DNA of 63,054 bases, filler included, from Octopus bimaculoides (lineage: Eukaryota), in the NCBI RefSeq assembly GCF_001194135.2. It is 5 parts of 5 records of this genome, joined end to end, with 100 filler letters (N's around TTAATTAATTAA, not from the genome) between each part and the next. Parts side by side here need not be neighbours in the genome. Positions count along the whole stretch, not along the records: positions 18,680 to 30,934 come from NW_026315829.1; positions 31,035 to 40,131 come from NC_068983.1; 3 more parts are not named here. The stretch is one strand, 5' to 3'. This document shows positions 23,835-35,670 of the stretch, piece after piece. The stretch's first letter is position 1. Every line of letters starts with the position of its first letter. The notes beneath the pieces are model-generated. The model saw nothing but the letters and a program-made list of their open reading frames with translations, had not been told where the DNA came from and did not search any database. The translations under genes were made by a program, and so were the position numbers.

Positions 23835-25226
23835 GTACGAGGAATGGAAAGACTTCCTTTTGTACCCCACCATAAAATTTAAAAAAAAAGAAAGATATTA
23901 AACATGGTGGAAAATTGATATCCTACCATTTCTTATAATAATCATGATGAGAAAGTCATAAAAATTAAGAATTTCTATTAAAAAAACTTCATTTCTGTAT
24001 TACGTATATTAAAGTCCCAAAGTTAGGTAAATTTCACAGAGTTAAGCAATTTAGACCTTAAGGTTAGGCAAACTGCAATATGTAATTAGGGTTTAGGTTT
24101 AAGGTTAAGGTTTTAGGGTGGAATAACATTGCACAAGTATAAAATTAATATTCTTATCTATTTCTGTGGCTTGTAAAGTTCACCAATATTCTGCATGAAT
24201 GCTTCGAACAGATCTACTCCCTTGTGCGCATGCCTCCACATATATTCACACAGATGGCTGGTGAGGTTTGCATGCCGTGTGTATGTCTCATTCATTTGGC
24301 ATTTGATCTGCCACCATAGATTCTCGATGTTGTTCGTGTGAGCTCTGGTGAGAGGATTCACAATGTTGTAGCTGTGGTTGACGGTGAGTTGCTGGAAACT
24401 AGAAGCTCCAAGACTGTCATATGTTTTCCAGCAGTCACTTGTCGTTGTGCCAGGTTGGATGTGTTGGAGAATTATTGTTCCAGTGTGGCCCTATCCTGTT
24501 TGTTATTTGGCAATGCAACAAGAAAAGTTCCCTGGGTTTCACAGCATATGCCTCCAAACACCCACTGTCCTTTCACAAATCTTCCACAACTGTACTTTGT
24601 TTTGCTGAATTTCGATTTGTTGATTTCAACTGTAAGTCCATGGCCTCCAATGGGTTGGTCCTTGTGCAGTTTTGTCTCCACCGACCACTGACAGACTTCA
24701 CAACAGTATGAAAAATAATCCGATATGGTTTCTGTGGATGTTGTTAACGTGTTGTCATTATCAGAGTCACTGTCCACTGATGAAATGCTTGTTTCATGCA
24801 CAGTTTGCTTATACGGCATGCTTTACATTGTTGATTTTGTTCAGCTTAGTTTTACAAGATGGGCAAAACATTTGTTTGGCTATGAGTCCAAGTTTCTGGT
24901 AATAAATTACCACTGACTCTTCATCTGACATTTTGAGGGAAAGTCTATACCGGTTTATACCATGCTTCTCCCCTTGTCTCCACAATGTTGCCAAAGCAGT
25001 AGACGTAGAAGGTTGCTCATAATCTGATATCTTGGAGCAAACTGAGAACGCACATGTTGGTGGCATGCATATTATATTTTATGAGAGAAGCAGTCTGCTG
25101 CCATCTACAGCCTGTACTGTGCATAATAGTATTCTAACACATTTCAATCATTAAAAACGCAATTTTATGGCTGATGGGAGGGGTGGTGGTGGTAGAAAAA
25201 GAAGTCTTTCCCTATCCCGAGAGGTA
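23835..25226 (-). mobile_element. Merlin (IS1595-like DDE) DNA transposon, about 1.4 kb, inactive
   Basis: Frameshifted transposase: KLGLIAKQMFCPSC / PIGGHGLTVEINKSKFSKTKY..GRFVKGQWVFGGI / IQPGTTTSDCWKTY / LTVNHSYNIVNPLTRAHTNNIENLWWQIK / YMWR. Imperfect inverted repeats GGAAAGACTTC.TTTT.TACC at 23846-72 and 25187-211. Confidence 0.88.
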
Positions 25227-26574
25227 CTTGAAGGGTAAACTCTGCCAGACTAACATACCCAAAATTCGCAAAATAACGATGAAGTTTTTATCAGGTGAGA
25301 ACAGATAACGGAACATACTGTAACATACAAAAACTTGCATATATCAAAGAATACATACACACGAAACAATATGAGAGCTTTTAAGTAGTCGCTTGGCTAG
25401 CTGGAAATAACTAGCAAACCCCACTCAAACCATTTTAGAAATGTAAATGTAAAATCTAAAAAAAAAAAAGAAAAAAATTAAAAAGCTGTTTAATGTAGTC
25501 CTAGACGCATTGTCTTGTCTGAAAAAAAATAACAGAAGAGTCATGACTAGAAGGCTTTGGCCGTTAAGCCTGTTCGATTAGTGCCGTCCTGGACCAACAA
25601 TAAAGCGCGCGTGTGCACGCACATACATGATAAATCTCAACACACGAAACTCCAGGCCGTTTTTCACTCTGTAACTTCTAGCGATTAATAATATATATAT
25701 GTATATATGTATACTCGTGTTATGAGTTCTATTTTCCATCACCAAACCTATATGCAAATATAGAAACATGCATGCATGCACACAAACATATATGAATGCA
25801 CGTAAAACGTATTCTAGAAAGTTCCAAAACAGAGCAAAAGAAGAGACCTATTTTATTTTTCCTGTGTTCAGTTCGACAATTGTTTTTGTTTTTTTCTTAA
25901 ATGAATTTTACGCAGCATTTTAAGAAAGATGGGACATTCATGATTTTTGTTTTTTGTCATGATATTTTATCGATGTAAATGAAACGAAATGTCTAAGATC
26001 AAGCAACGTGTCCTGAACCAAAGCTCTGCTCGGCAGCGCGTGACAGGATGAATAAAACATTTGTCACACGAATATGAAAGAAAAAAATCTTTACGAAAAT
26101 GAAATAATCATACAAACAAAACTAAACTACGCACATAGAACAACAATATAACTATAAAGATCCATCAAGAAGAAAACAAAACAAGGAAGAAAGAAGGAAC
26201 ACTACACGCTGAAAGTTTAATCCATTTGAAATAAGGATAGATGCAAAAACTCTCCCTTTCCAAAATCTAAATGCGAAACTGGGAAAGTCGATCTATTCAT
26301 TCATTTGTTTATCTTTTAATCCTGTTGTTTATTCACTTTGTTTTTGTATTTGGTTTGCAAGATTCTTGATATGAATTCCTGTTATTATTATTATTGGCGT
26401 AATGACCCCACCAAGGCCTATTTATTCAGTTTTATGAAAAAGGAAAACAAAAAATCGCTCGGTGACAAATCTGTCCTCTCCACCTTCCAAATTCTTGTGA
26501 GTAAAAGACGAAAAAAATTTTTTTTCGAAGAGTATTAAAAGTTATTATTACGACACAAAATATTATCCTTTAAA

Positions 26575-26605
<31 letters not shown>

Positions 26606-26866
26606 AAGAGAAAGAAAGAGAGAGAGAGAAAGAGGGGGAGAGAGATATGCTATTTGCAATTGCAATGCGTTAATAAAAACGTAGTTTTCATAGAACAAGC
26701 AGAGAAATCTGTAACAAGGAAATTATTTTTTGCATTCAATTTATCCACACCAAGAATATAAAAAATTAAAAACAAACAAAAAAACAGCACCTTGCCACAG
26801 TTCCTTAAAGTGAAAAATATAAAATTTAAAGCATATGCAGCTCTTATAAAATGTATGGATTCTTAC

Positions 26867-27024
26867 CTATGTTGATCGAATTTGGCAAATTTCTTCCATT
26901 CTTTTGAGTTGCTTTTGTAAGACTCCATCAGAGCCTTAACTTCTTCGATGTTAACACGATCATTTTCGAAAACCTCGCGTAGTTCCTTGCACAAATCATC
27001 TAAAGTGGCCACTGTTCCAACCAT
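26867..27024 (-). CDS. CDO1: Cysteine dioxygenase type 1, first coding exon
   Basis: MVGTVATLDDLCKELREVFENDRVNIEEVKALMESYKSNSKEWKKFAKFDQH(R), homologous to the vertebrate CDO1 N-terminus (TLADLIRILHQLF.GDEVNVEEVQAIMEAYES...EW..YAKFDQYR). Kozak GCAACCATGG; in-frame TAA at 27067-69; phase-2 GTAAGA donor at the equivalent Arg. Confidence 0.92.
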
Positions 27025-27139
27025 GGTTGCTTGCAAATGGTAAGCACTCAAGGAGAGGGTCTTGTTTTATAAGCTGTCGTCGATGTTGTTCTTGCTGTAG
27101 AAGGTGTTAACTGTGGACAAGAGAATGGAAAAGATAGTT

Positions 27140-27271
27140 GGGATAAAGATAATGTAATCTAGTGTGTTTATATAATGGTTGCTGCTCTTTCTTCAATGAT
27201 CACACCCAAGCAAAATAAATGTGCATTGGTTTTGCTGGAGAAAAAGCACGTTGTTAGGTGTAATTACGTCA
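27140..27271 (-). promoter_or_regulatory. Putative CDO1 core promoter: TATATAAA (27167-74), CCAAT (27225-29), ACGTGC (27246-51), CRE-like TGACGTAA (27264-71)
   Basis: Motifs occur in canonical order and spacing, 150-250 bp upstream of the ATG. Confidence 0.55.
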
Positions 27272-27618
27272 CAGCAAAGCTTATCGAAGGTGGCAGCTAG
27301 GGTAAGGCAGCATTACCAGCACGTACACACCATACGACAGCAGGTGTATTAGAGTACACAGAAACGTGAACTACAGCATCGCATTAGGTGAAACCACAAC
27401 ATAGAACATACCTACAACAACATATAAAAAGATAAGGGACATGGTATCGTATTACATGATAATAGATAGTTGTAAATCGTTTCATAATACATAATAAACA
27501 TCTATGCAGGTGCATTACATGATACAAAGAAATAGCAGCCAAATCTCAAAGCATACTATACCATTTTACGTAGCGGTAACGGCACATTAGATAGTGTAAT
27601 CAGTTAAGCTCAAGTTAA

Positions 27619-27901
27619 GGACCCAGTCACAAAAATGAAAAAAAAAAGTGTAATAGGAGTAAAATAATGTGTACTAAACGAATATGAAAAAAAAAAAAAA
27701 AAATGCGCGCTGACGAACGGTGGGGAGGACCCGGAAAATTCACGATGTGAATTCTCCGAGTCCTCACTCTCCCCGCCCGTGAATTTTCCGATTCTTCTCC
27801 CCCCAGTTCGTCAGCGCACATTTTTTTTTTCATATTCGTTTACTACACATTATTTTACATCTATTACATAATTTTTTAAATTCATTTTTGTGACTGGGTC
27901 C
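27619..27901. mobile_element. Fold-back/MITE-like element with ~125-bp inverted arms
   Basis: GGACCCAGTCACAAAAATGAA...GGAAAATTCACG (27619-744) pairs with CGTGAATTTTCC...TTCATTTTTGTGACTGGGTCC (27778-901). Confidence 0.85.
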
Positions 27902-30687
27902 TAGAGATTAATCGACTATTCTGCCGTCTGCCATAATACTGGTACCGTCATAAACAAGAAGGATGCGCTAAATAAAGTAGTTCTAGTCAGACTCCTAAGA
28001 AATGGGATGGTCGCGGTCGGAAGGCCTTTGATTATAGATCTCCATCGGGACTGACTAAGGGCTTAACGTCAAATATACCAGATAAGTCAACACGGGAACC
28101 TTTTAGAGGGCGCTAGAAATAGCAGCCAAGTCTTTCTCCGTCTTAAAATGAAAATCAATGTAAAATGCTGTCCTGGATACACTGTTCCAAGGAAAATGAC
28201 AGGATGGTCACCATTGAACGCCTTTGATAAAAAGTCTACTCGTTCAGGACTGACCTCGGGTTAAATAACTACATCATAGTATTACATCTCACACACACAC
28301 ACACATACAATGTACTACAATAGTAGGGAGACTGCTTATGTAACCGAATTCATTATGAAACACGTTTTGAGCATGAAAATGTTTGTTTTCTTAATTAAAT
28401 ATAGAGAAAGGTGTCCAAGGTATAGTGGGGCTTCAAAAACATTTACGGAATGAATGAATGAATGAATGAATCGATTACATGGAAAAAAATATGAATGAAT
28501 GAATGAATCGATTGCACTGAAAAAAATATTCACCGGCGATTTTGTTACAAGTCGCTCCCTACACATCTGATAGTAGGAAGGTAATTTAAATTTACAAGGG
28601 GCTAAGTTGGTGAGCTATAGAAGGAAGTTTTTTTTAATGTTGTGTATACATCACTTCACCTAAAAAATTAAGGGTTGTCTAGTAAATGATTGACCAAGTT
28701 AAAAAATAAAGTTTATAAGTATAAACTAGCTCCACTGTACAGTATGAATTTTCTTAGGGAATGGATTTGCGTTAAGGAACTGAAAAATAAAAAAAAGATT
28801 TCTTTATGCAGCAAACGTTTTGATTAAGACTAAGTATTACTTGAAACTGTAGCGTATTAAAAGTACTGATTTTACCAATTTAGGAAGAGATGAAAAGTAC
28901 AGATCACCCGAGTAAAAAAACTAAACAACTTTTTGCTTCGAGACGATGAGGACTTCCATCTGGTTGCTTTACATGTTAGAAACAGCAGTCATACCGCTCT
29001 CGTATCGCATTCTAACCTCATAGAAAAGAACACGCTAAATAATAGTTCTGAATTTCCAGCATTTAGTAATGAGACGAGATGTCTATGGTTGGAATATTTT
29101 TCATCATAGCTTTGCTTGATCAAAGCTAACATGGGGATAAAGTAATAAATAAATAGGTAAATAAATGCAAACGCTAACATTTCAGTCTGCACTCACTACA
29201 TCATTCTCATTTTAAATGAAATATCAAGTTGAATTTAATTAGGAGTAAGTGTTCTTTTAGAATATACAATCTTTCTTTTCAGTGGGCCCCGAAACAATAG
29301 AAGGCACACACAAATCGTTTTGTTACGAGATACGTGTGATAAGGTCGTTTAAATAACGATAAATTTATGAATTAAAGTATTAAAAGTATATATTATAAAC
29401 GTGAATTAAGTATACTTTTTGTTAAACCTAAAAAGAAAAAAAATCTTTTATTTGATATTTCTTTTTCTTTCCTCTTCTTTTCTTTCATTTATGATATATA
29501 AACATGTTCAGTCAAAAATTGCGTAGTGTAGACTATAATAAATGCGTTTTAATAAAAAAATTATCTGGGAGATAATTAAAATTCAAAATCAACAACAAAT
29601 ATTTAGACAATGAAAGATTCATTCGGAAATTTCATTTTAAAAACATATAATTAAGCACGAAATTCGTGATGCCTTGGAGTAAGAGACACGAAAAGTTATA
29701 TTAGGAAGGAAACTTGTAAATAAAATAGTAGTCGCACGTATAAACACGCACACATACATTCGTACATGAAGCGCTGGTTAAATAATATAATAGTGAAACT
29801 GTTGTATACAATACTCAGGTGCAAGGGTTTAAGAAAAAAATTACACAAAAATAATAAACCTACGAAGAGATGACAATCAATAAGATTTTTGCGAGACCAT
29901 CTACAAGGATTGTATTGTTAAAACAACACGTGAAAGGGAATTATAGTAAGAGGATGAAATTCTCACTAACAGATATATGGAAGTTTCCACGCATCGGTTC
30001 GTTAAGGCTCCTTCTTTTCCTTCAATGGAAATTCACCGGGTTTTTTTTTTTTTTTAACTATCAGACAAAAGAGAGATTGCAGATTTAAGTGACTTTCTTG
30101 ATTCGCAGATTTATCTTATNNNNNNNNNNGTGTGTGTGTGTGTGTATGTATAAATGTATACGTTTATATGTATATCTATATCTATCTATCTATCTATCTA
30201 TATATATATATATATATATCTTCCCGCGCGCACACAACTACGCAACACATACATAAACACAGTTATATACACACATGCATATACATACACATGCACGCAC
30301 GTACACACGTGTGTGTTTATGTCTGCCTTTATCTACCCCCACCCCTACTTTCCTGACAGTCTGTGACGTGTGGGAAATTATAAGAGATAGAGAGCAGAGA
30401 GTGAGAGACAAAAAGACAAAATAGTACAGTAAATTGGTGTCGCGTTCATCCTGTGAGAGATATATAAATATAACAGTGTTCGGAATTCGATCATCACATA
30501 TCTGAGAATATGTTGTGTGTGTGTGAGACATGTGTATATGAGATGTACTGTAGGACGGGGACGGTGGTACTGACTTAGCAGTCGATGTTTTTCATATAAT
30601 GTATAGCCTCTGTTCTTCCTTTTCCTTTTCTGTTTTTTGTTCAGGAATTATATTGGGGATGTATTTGACAGCATTGTCTATTTTACC

Positions 30688-30744
<57 letters not shown>

Positions 30745-31049
30745 AAGCGAGAAGCCATCGAGGAAGGCCTCTACATGTTCGCTCGAGTCAGCCAGAAATA
30801 GCAGTTAAATCTCATTCAAGTTACCGCCTGGAAAAAAAGGAAAGAATACATTAGATACTGCAGTCCTACAAGAACTTAAAAATCAGAATACTCATAACTA
30901 GAATGTTTTCCATTTGGGTCGGCTCCACTGATGTNNNNNNNNNNNNNNNNNNNNNNNNNNNNNNNNNNNNNNNNNNNNTTAATTAATTAANNNNNNNNNN
31001 NNNNNNNNNNNNNNNNNNNNNNNNNNNNNNNNNNCTATTATAGTAGGTG

Positions 31050-31283
31050 CCTTAGGTATAATAAAAAATATTCAGACAAATACATAACAAAAACACTAGG
31101 ACTTACAAATATATATAACATACAAAAAATTGCGCTGTTGGGTACTGCACACATTCTACGCAAAACACTTTCAATACAGTAAACATAAGAGCACCACAGC
31201 AAACCACAGCACATACCCAAGGCGCACAGAGCTGCGCTCGGTAGTGAAGTGAAAGCACGTTATAAAAATAAAACTACTGAACC

Positions 31284-31314
<31 letters not shown>
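31050..31314 (+). mobile_element. R4/Dong 3' end with (TAA)n tail
   Basis: KYITKTLGLTNIYNIQKIALLGTAHILRKTLSIQ* then a 3' UTR (CATACCCAAGGCGCACAGAGCTGCGCTCGGTAGTGAAGTGAAAGCACG) and TAA repeats; near-identical text at 60570-60942. Confidence 0.75.
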
Positions 31315-31315
<1 letters not shown>

Positions 31316-31316
<1 letters not shown>

Positions 31317-31690
31317 TCTGAAACCCTGAGTGTAGAGAAGGACTAAATAATGAAGACAAAGGAATGATCGAAGATATTACTGGTCTCATTGAGGAAAACC
31401 TGAATATGGAAAGAAATGGATTCAGGAAAGTAGATAGAAATTTACTCAGTGGGTGGTTGCTTAAGGTGAATAAAATACTGAAAGAAATCAAGACAAAGAA
31501 TATAACCGGAACGAATAGATTGATTAAAGCCTGCATCATGGATTTAGGAAAGAAAGTAGGCCTTGAACCAAACCGTAAATGTGGGGATGAAGAAAAAGAA
31601 CCTTGGTGGAAAGGAAGAATAAAACATTCAATGAACGAATTACGAAAACATATCAACATCTTTGAAAGAAAGAAAAGAGTGAAATAAAGA
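31316..31690 (+). mobile_element. R4/Dong pre-RT ORF fragment
   Basis: VNKILKEIKTKNITGTNRLIKAC...EPWWKGRIKHSMNELRKHI, resembling the N-terminal region of R4/Dong ORFs. Confidence 0.7.
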
Positions 31691-31984
31691 GGAAGGAGAA
31701 ATACGCATGTACACAGATGCATACGCGCACGCATGTACACGCACATACATACATACATACATACATACATTACATACATACATACATATATATCATGAAC
31801 TAACTATTACTTTCTCAGATGCAGCACAGAATTTTGTCAGTGAACAGGTCGCGGTCTCAAAGCGACGAAAATATTTTGACAAATTAAATTTAAATGTTGA
31901 AGTGAATCTAACGGATTTTGTGTGTTATTTTAAATGGCTTATAAACACCTTCCACGCTGCAATTATATATATATTCTTATATTC

Positions 31985-32434
31985 TTTTATTTGTTTCAGT
32001 CATTTGGATGCGATCATGCTGGAGCATCGCCTTTAGTCGAACAAATCAACACCAGGACTTATTCTTTGTAAGTCTAGTACTTATTTTATCGTTCTTTATT
32101 GCCGAACCGCTAAGTTACGGGGACGTAAACATACCAACTTCGGTTGTCAAGTGATAGTGGGGGTCACAAAGATAGACACACAAACACATACATACACACA
32201 TACATATATATATATACATACATACATACATGCATGCATACATGATGGGTTTCTTTCAGCTTCCGCCTACCTAGTCTACTCAAAATGCTTTGGTGGGCCC
32301 GGAGTTAGAATAGAAGACATTTACCCAATGTGCTACCCAGTAAGACTGAACCAGGAATCNNNNNNNNNNNNNNNNNNNNNNNNNNNNNNNNNNNNNNNNN
32401 NNNNNNNNNNNNNNNNNNNNNNNNNNNNNNNNNN

Positions 32435-32467
<33 letters not shown>

Positions 32468-32610
32468 CATACATACATACATGCATGCATACATGATGGG
32501 TTTCTTTCAGCTTCCGCCTACCTAGTCTACTCAAAATGCTTTGGTGGGCCCGGAGTTAGAATAGAAGACATTTACCCAATGTGCTACCCAGTAAGACTGA
32601 ACCAGGAATC
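31985..32610 (-). mobile_element. SINE family B (part duplicated across the gap 32360-32434)
   Basis: Second module at 31985-32170, microsatellite, then first module. Confidence 0.75.
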
Positions 32611-34395
32611 GCCTTTGTCTGTGCGTGTTTCCGCCGCAGCTTGACAACGCGTTGGCTTGCTTTAGACCTACCTATAACTTTTCAGCGCGGCAAAGTAGAC
32701 CGATAGACTAATTACCAGAGTTTTAAAAAAATAAGCACTGCATTGCGATTAGTTCGACTAAAATCCGTCGAGGCGGTGCCCCAGTATGGCCGCAGTCCAA
32801 TGACAGTCATTAAAGTAAAAGATAAATGTGTGCATGTGTGTGTGTGTGTGTGTCCGTGTGTGTGATTATTCCGTGTTAATAAATTTCGAATGAAACTGTA
32901 GGAGTTCCAAAGCTAAAATATTATAAAATAAATAAATAAATGACTAAATAAATTTTAGCTGTATTTAGTTAAGGTAATGCCTTCAAGTATTTTCCAGACT
33001 GAATTCTACGCCACACTAATTTACCATTCCGAACACAATTTTCTTTACACCTCAGTCTAATTCCTTTAATTCATTTGGACACACGCATACACGAGTCTCC
33101 CCCTACTCCCTTTCTTCCCTCTCTTTCTCTTCTCCTCCCATCTTTACTCTCTTTGTCTTGCCTCTTTCTCTCTTTGTATCCTTTACTACGTCACTGTTAC
33201 TCCACCTCCCTCCTACCCCTCTCACCCTTTCGTCTCTCTTTTTATTATATTTTCTCCTCGTCTCTTTATGTATATGACATCCCCCAGATTCAATATATGA
33301 CAATGAAATGATCTTGGCAGATTGGTAGGAAGCCGTTGTGGTGGCTGCCTATTCGTTCGTTATAATCATACAATTTAGCATCTTGTCGGAGCGAAGCACT
33401 TAGAGGCTGAAGAATTAAAGCGGCGGCTTCTACGCATTTCCTTTTCGCTTCATAGAAAAGAGGACGCCCACCCCATTAAAATATTCTTTCCCGCCACAGC
33501 CCTTTTATTTCATTTTATTTTATTTATATATGTATATTTTCTTTTCTACTCTGAACAAAAAGTTATCCTAGAAAAAAAAAAAAGACTTGCTGTGTAATTC
33601 TTAGAACAATGAAGTTTGATCTTTAAAAATGGCAGCCCTGAATGAAAAGGGGGAAAAAAATCTAAAAATAATAATTATAATTACCATCAGAAACAAAAGT
33701 GTGCAGATGGGGTTCAGATAGGGATTTCTAAACCTTTACAAAAGACATAGTGTAGCTGTGTTGAATGAAGATTACGTGACGCTCATACAGCTCTCAGTTG
33801 CCATTTGTGTTACTGGTTTTATGTTTTGAAACATGAATCAAAACTGGGTCTCTAGATTAGAAACCGCCTCGCCAGGATGCTTTCTGTATTTTAAGATATG
33901 CAACAAAGAAAGGTGAAGGCGCGTGACCTAGTGCTTAGGGCATTGTTCTAACGATCGCAAGATCGTGGTTTCGATTTCAGGACCGAAAGGATGACCTAAA
34001 GAGAGGAAACCTCTAAGTAGTTGCTGTAATTGCAAGACATAGTGAACAAATCTCTCTCTAACTATGTTTTTCTGCTTTGAAAAGGAAGAATAGATTGAAT
34101 AAAGAAGCATTAAATGGCTTATATCTGAAAACTGTAGGAGAGTCACGGCTGGAATGTTTTTGATAATAGGTTTCATCAATCAATGATGATCATGAATTAA
34201 AGTATAATGACTAACAAATGAATTACATTTAATTGGGAAGGATAACTCCTTCTACTAAATGAAATGATTTTGGTATAAAACCCTGAGTTGCTGCGAAAGG
34301 AGTCTAATCAGTTGGTTTGAATTAGAGTACGGGTATATGAACTCACAACTGCAAGATTAGACTCTGAGATATTTACCAAGGGCTATATTCACACG

Positions 34396-34580
34396 GTAAG
34401 CTGGTAGAATCGTTAGCACACCGAGCAAAGTGCTTAACAGCATCTCGTTCTCAGTTCAAATCCTGTCGAGGTCGACTTTGCTTTTCATCCCTTCGGAGTC
34501 GATAAAATAAGCACCAGTCAAGTACTGGGGGTCGATGTAATCAATTTACCTTTTTTTTTCTTCTCCGAACTTGCTGGCCT
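34396..34580 (+). mobile_element. SINE family A
   Basis: AAGCTGGTAGAATCGTTAGCAC...TTCAAATCC..GAGGTCGACTTTGC. Confidence 0.75.
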
Positions 34581-35379
34581 CATGCTAAAATTTAAAACTA
34601 ATATTTAACTGGGAAAATGAAATAACAACGGCGAGATCTAAACTGGAATATTTGAGAAGGAGTACATTCGAGTGCTTCAAAATCAGTATTTCACTGGGAA
34701 ATGAAACAAAGTGGTGAGATCTAAACTCTGAAATAGTCCAGAAAAAATGATATTCAGTTAAGTTTATTTCCATTTTATTCATTGGTACATATTTTACTGA
34801 TTGTGAAACGCAAAGAAAAAGACAAAAAAAATGCCGATCTCAGCGATATGTGAACCCTGAACGTAATGCTATGTGAGTACCGCTCTCCATATTTACCCGA
34901 CAATCCACCAATTGTACCCACGCGGCAACTATTGTAATAAATGAGTAAATTTATTTCTTCATATGTGGTTTTCATATTTAGAAATGACTGAATATTCTAA
35001 TTTCTCCATTCCTTAAATATTAGGTCTTTGAACATAGTCAATGGCGGTGAGAGGACGGAACCATTGAAGCGTTGATAAAATATATTACGACAGTTGTTCC
35101 GGATCTCTGCCCTCTCAGTTCAAATTCCACATGTGTGCTTCTAGACACGCTTGGTTGTACTCTGAATATATATATCAGAATTATGACAACCAATAGGTCA
35201 TCATAAGACCTTCTTTTATTATCTGTGCAAAAACAATTTCGACTCAATATAATTTGTAATTAAATGAATCCTCCTGTTACACGATTGTCTTTCAGACAGT
35301 TACAGGGATATCTACTCCTGTTTTATTGAAATTGATATTTAAATGTGATATTTAGTCAATTATAGATTTAAGGGGTGGA

Positions 35380-35670
35380 GGCGCAATGGCCCAGTGGTTA
35401 AGCAGCGAACTCGCGGTCGGAGGATCGCGGTTTCGATTCCTAGACCGGAATGTGTGTGTTTATTGAGCGAAAACATCTAAGACTCCGGCAGGTGGTGGTG
35501 GCGACCCCTGTTGTACTCTTTCGCCTCAACTTTCTCTTACGCTTTCTTCCTGTTTCTTGAATAACGCTGCGATGGACTGGCGTCCCGTCCATCTGGGTGG
35601 AACACATACATACGCCATAGAAACCAGGAAACCGGGCCCGTGAGCCTGGCTAGGCTTTAAAAGGGCGCAC
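35380..35670 (+). mobile_element. SINE family C (head 1 + tail 2)
   Basis: GGCGCAATGGCCCAGTGGTTA head shared with 40678; tail shared with 21637. Confidence 0.85.

Larger units (their letters stand above)
25390..30934 (+). repeat. Dispersed ~180-bp family (CTAGAAATAGCAGCCAAA...GTCCTAGA...GATGGTC) at about 25390-25570, 27930-28075, 28108-28275 and 30775-30934
   Basis: Shared motifs visible by eye; class not determined. Confidence 0.6.

Noticed and set aside
32211-32610. Apparently identical ~150-bp direct repeat (32211-32359 and about 32455-32610)
   Set aside because: The copies flank an N gap; most likely an unmerged contig overlap.
33407-33460. CUGAAGA...GAAA near the 33325 hairpin
   Set aside because: Stem II does not close adjacent to the core.
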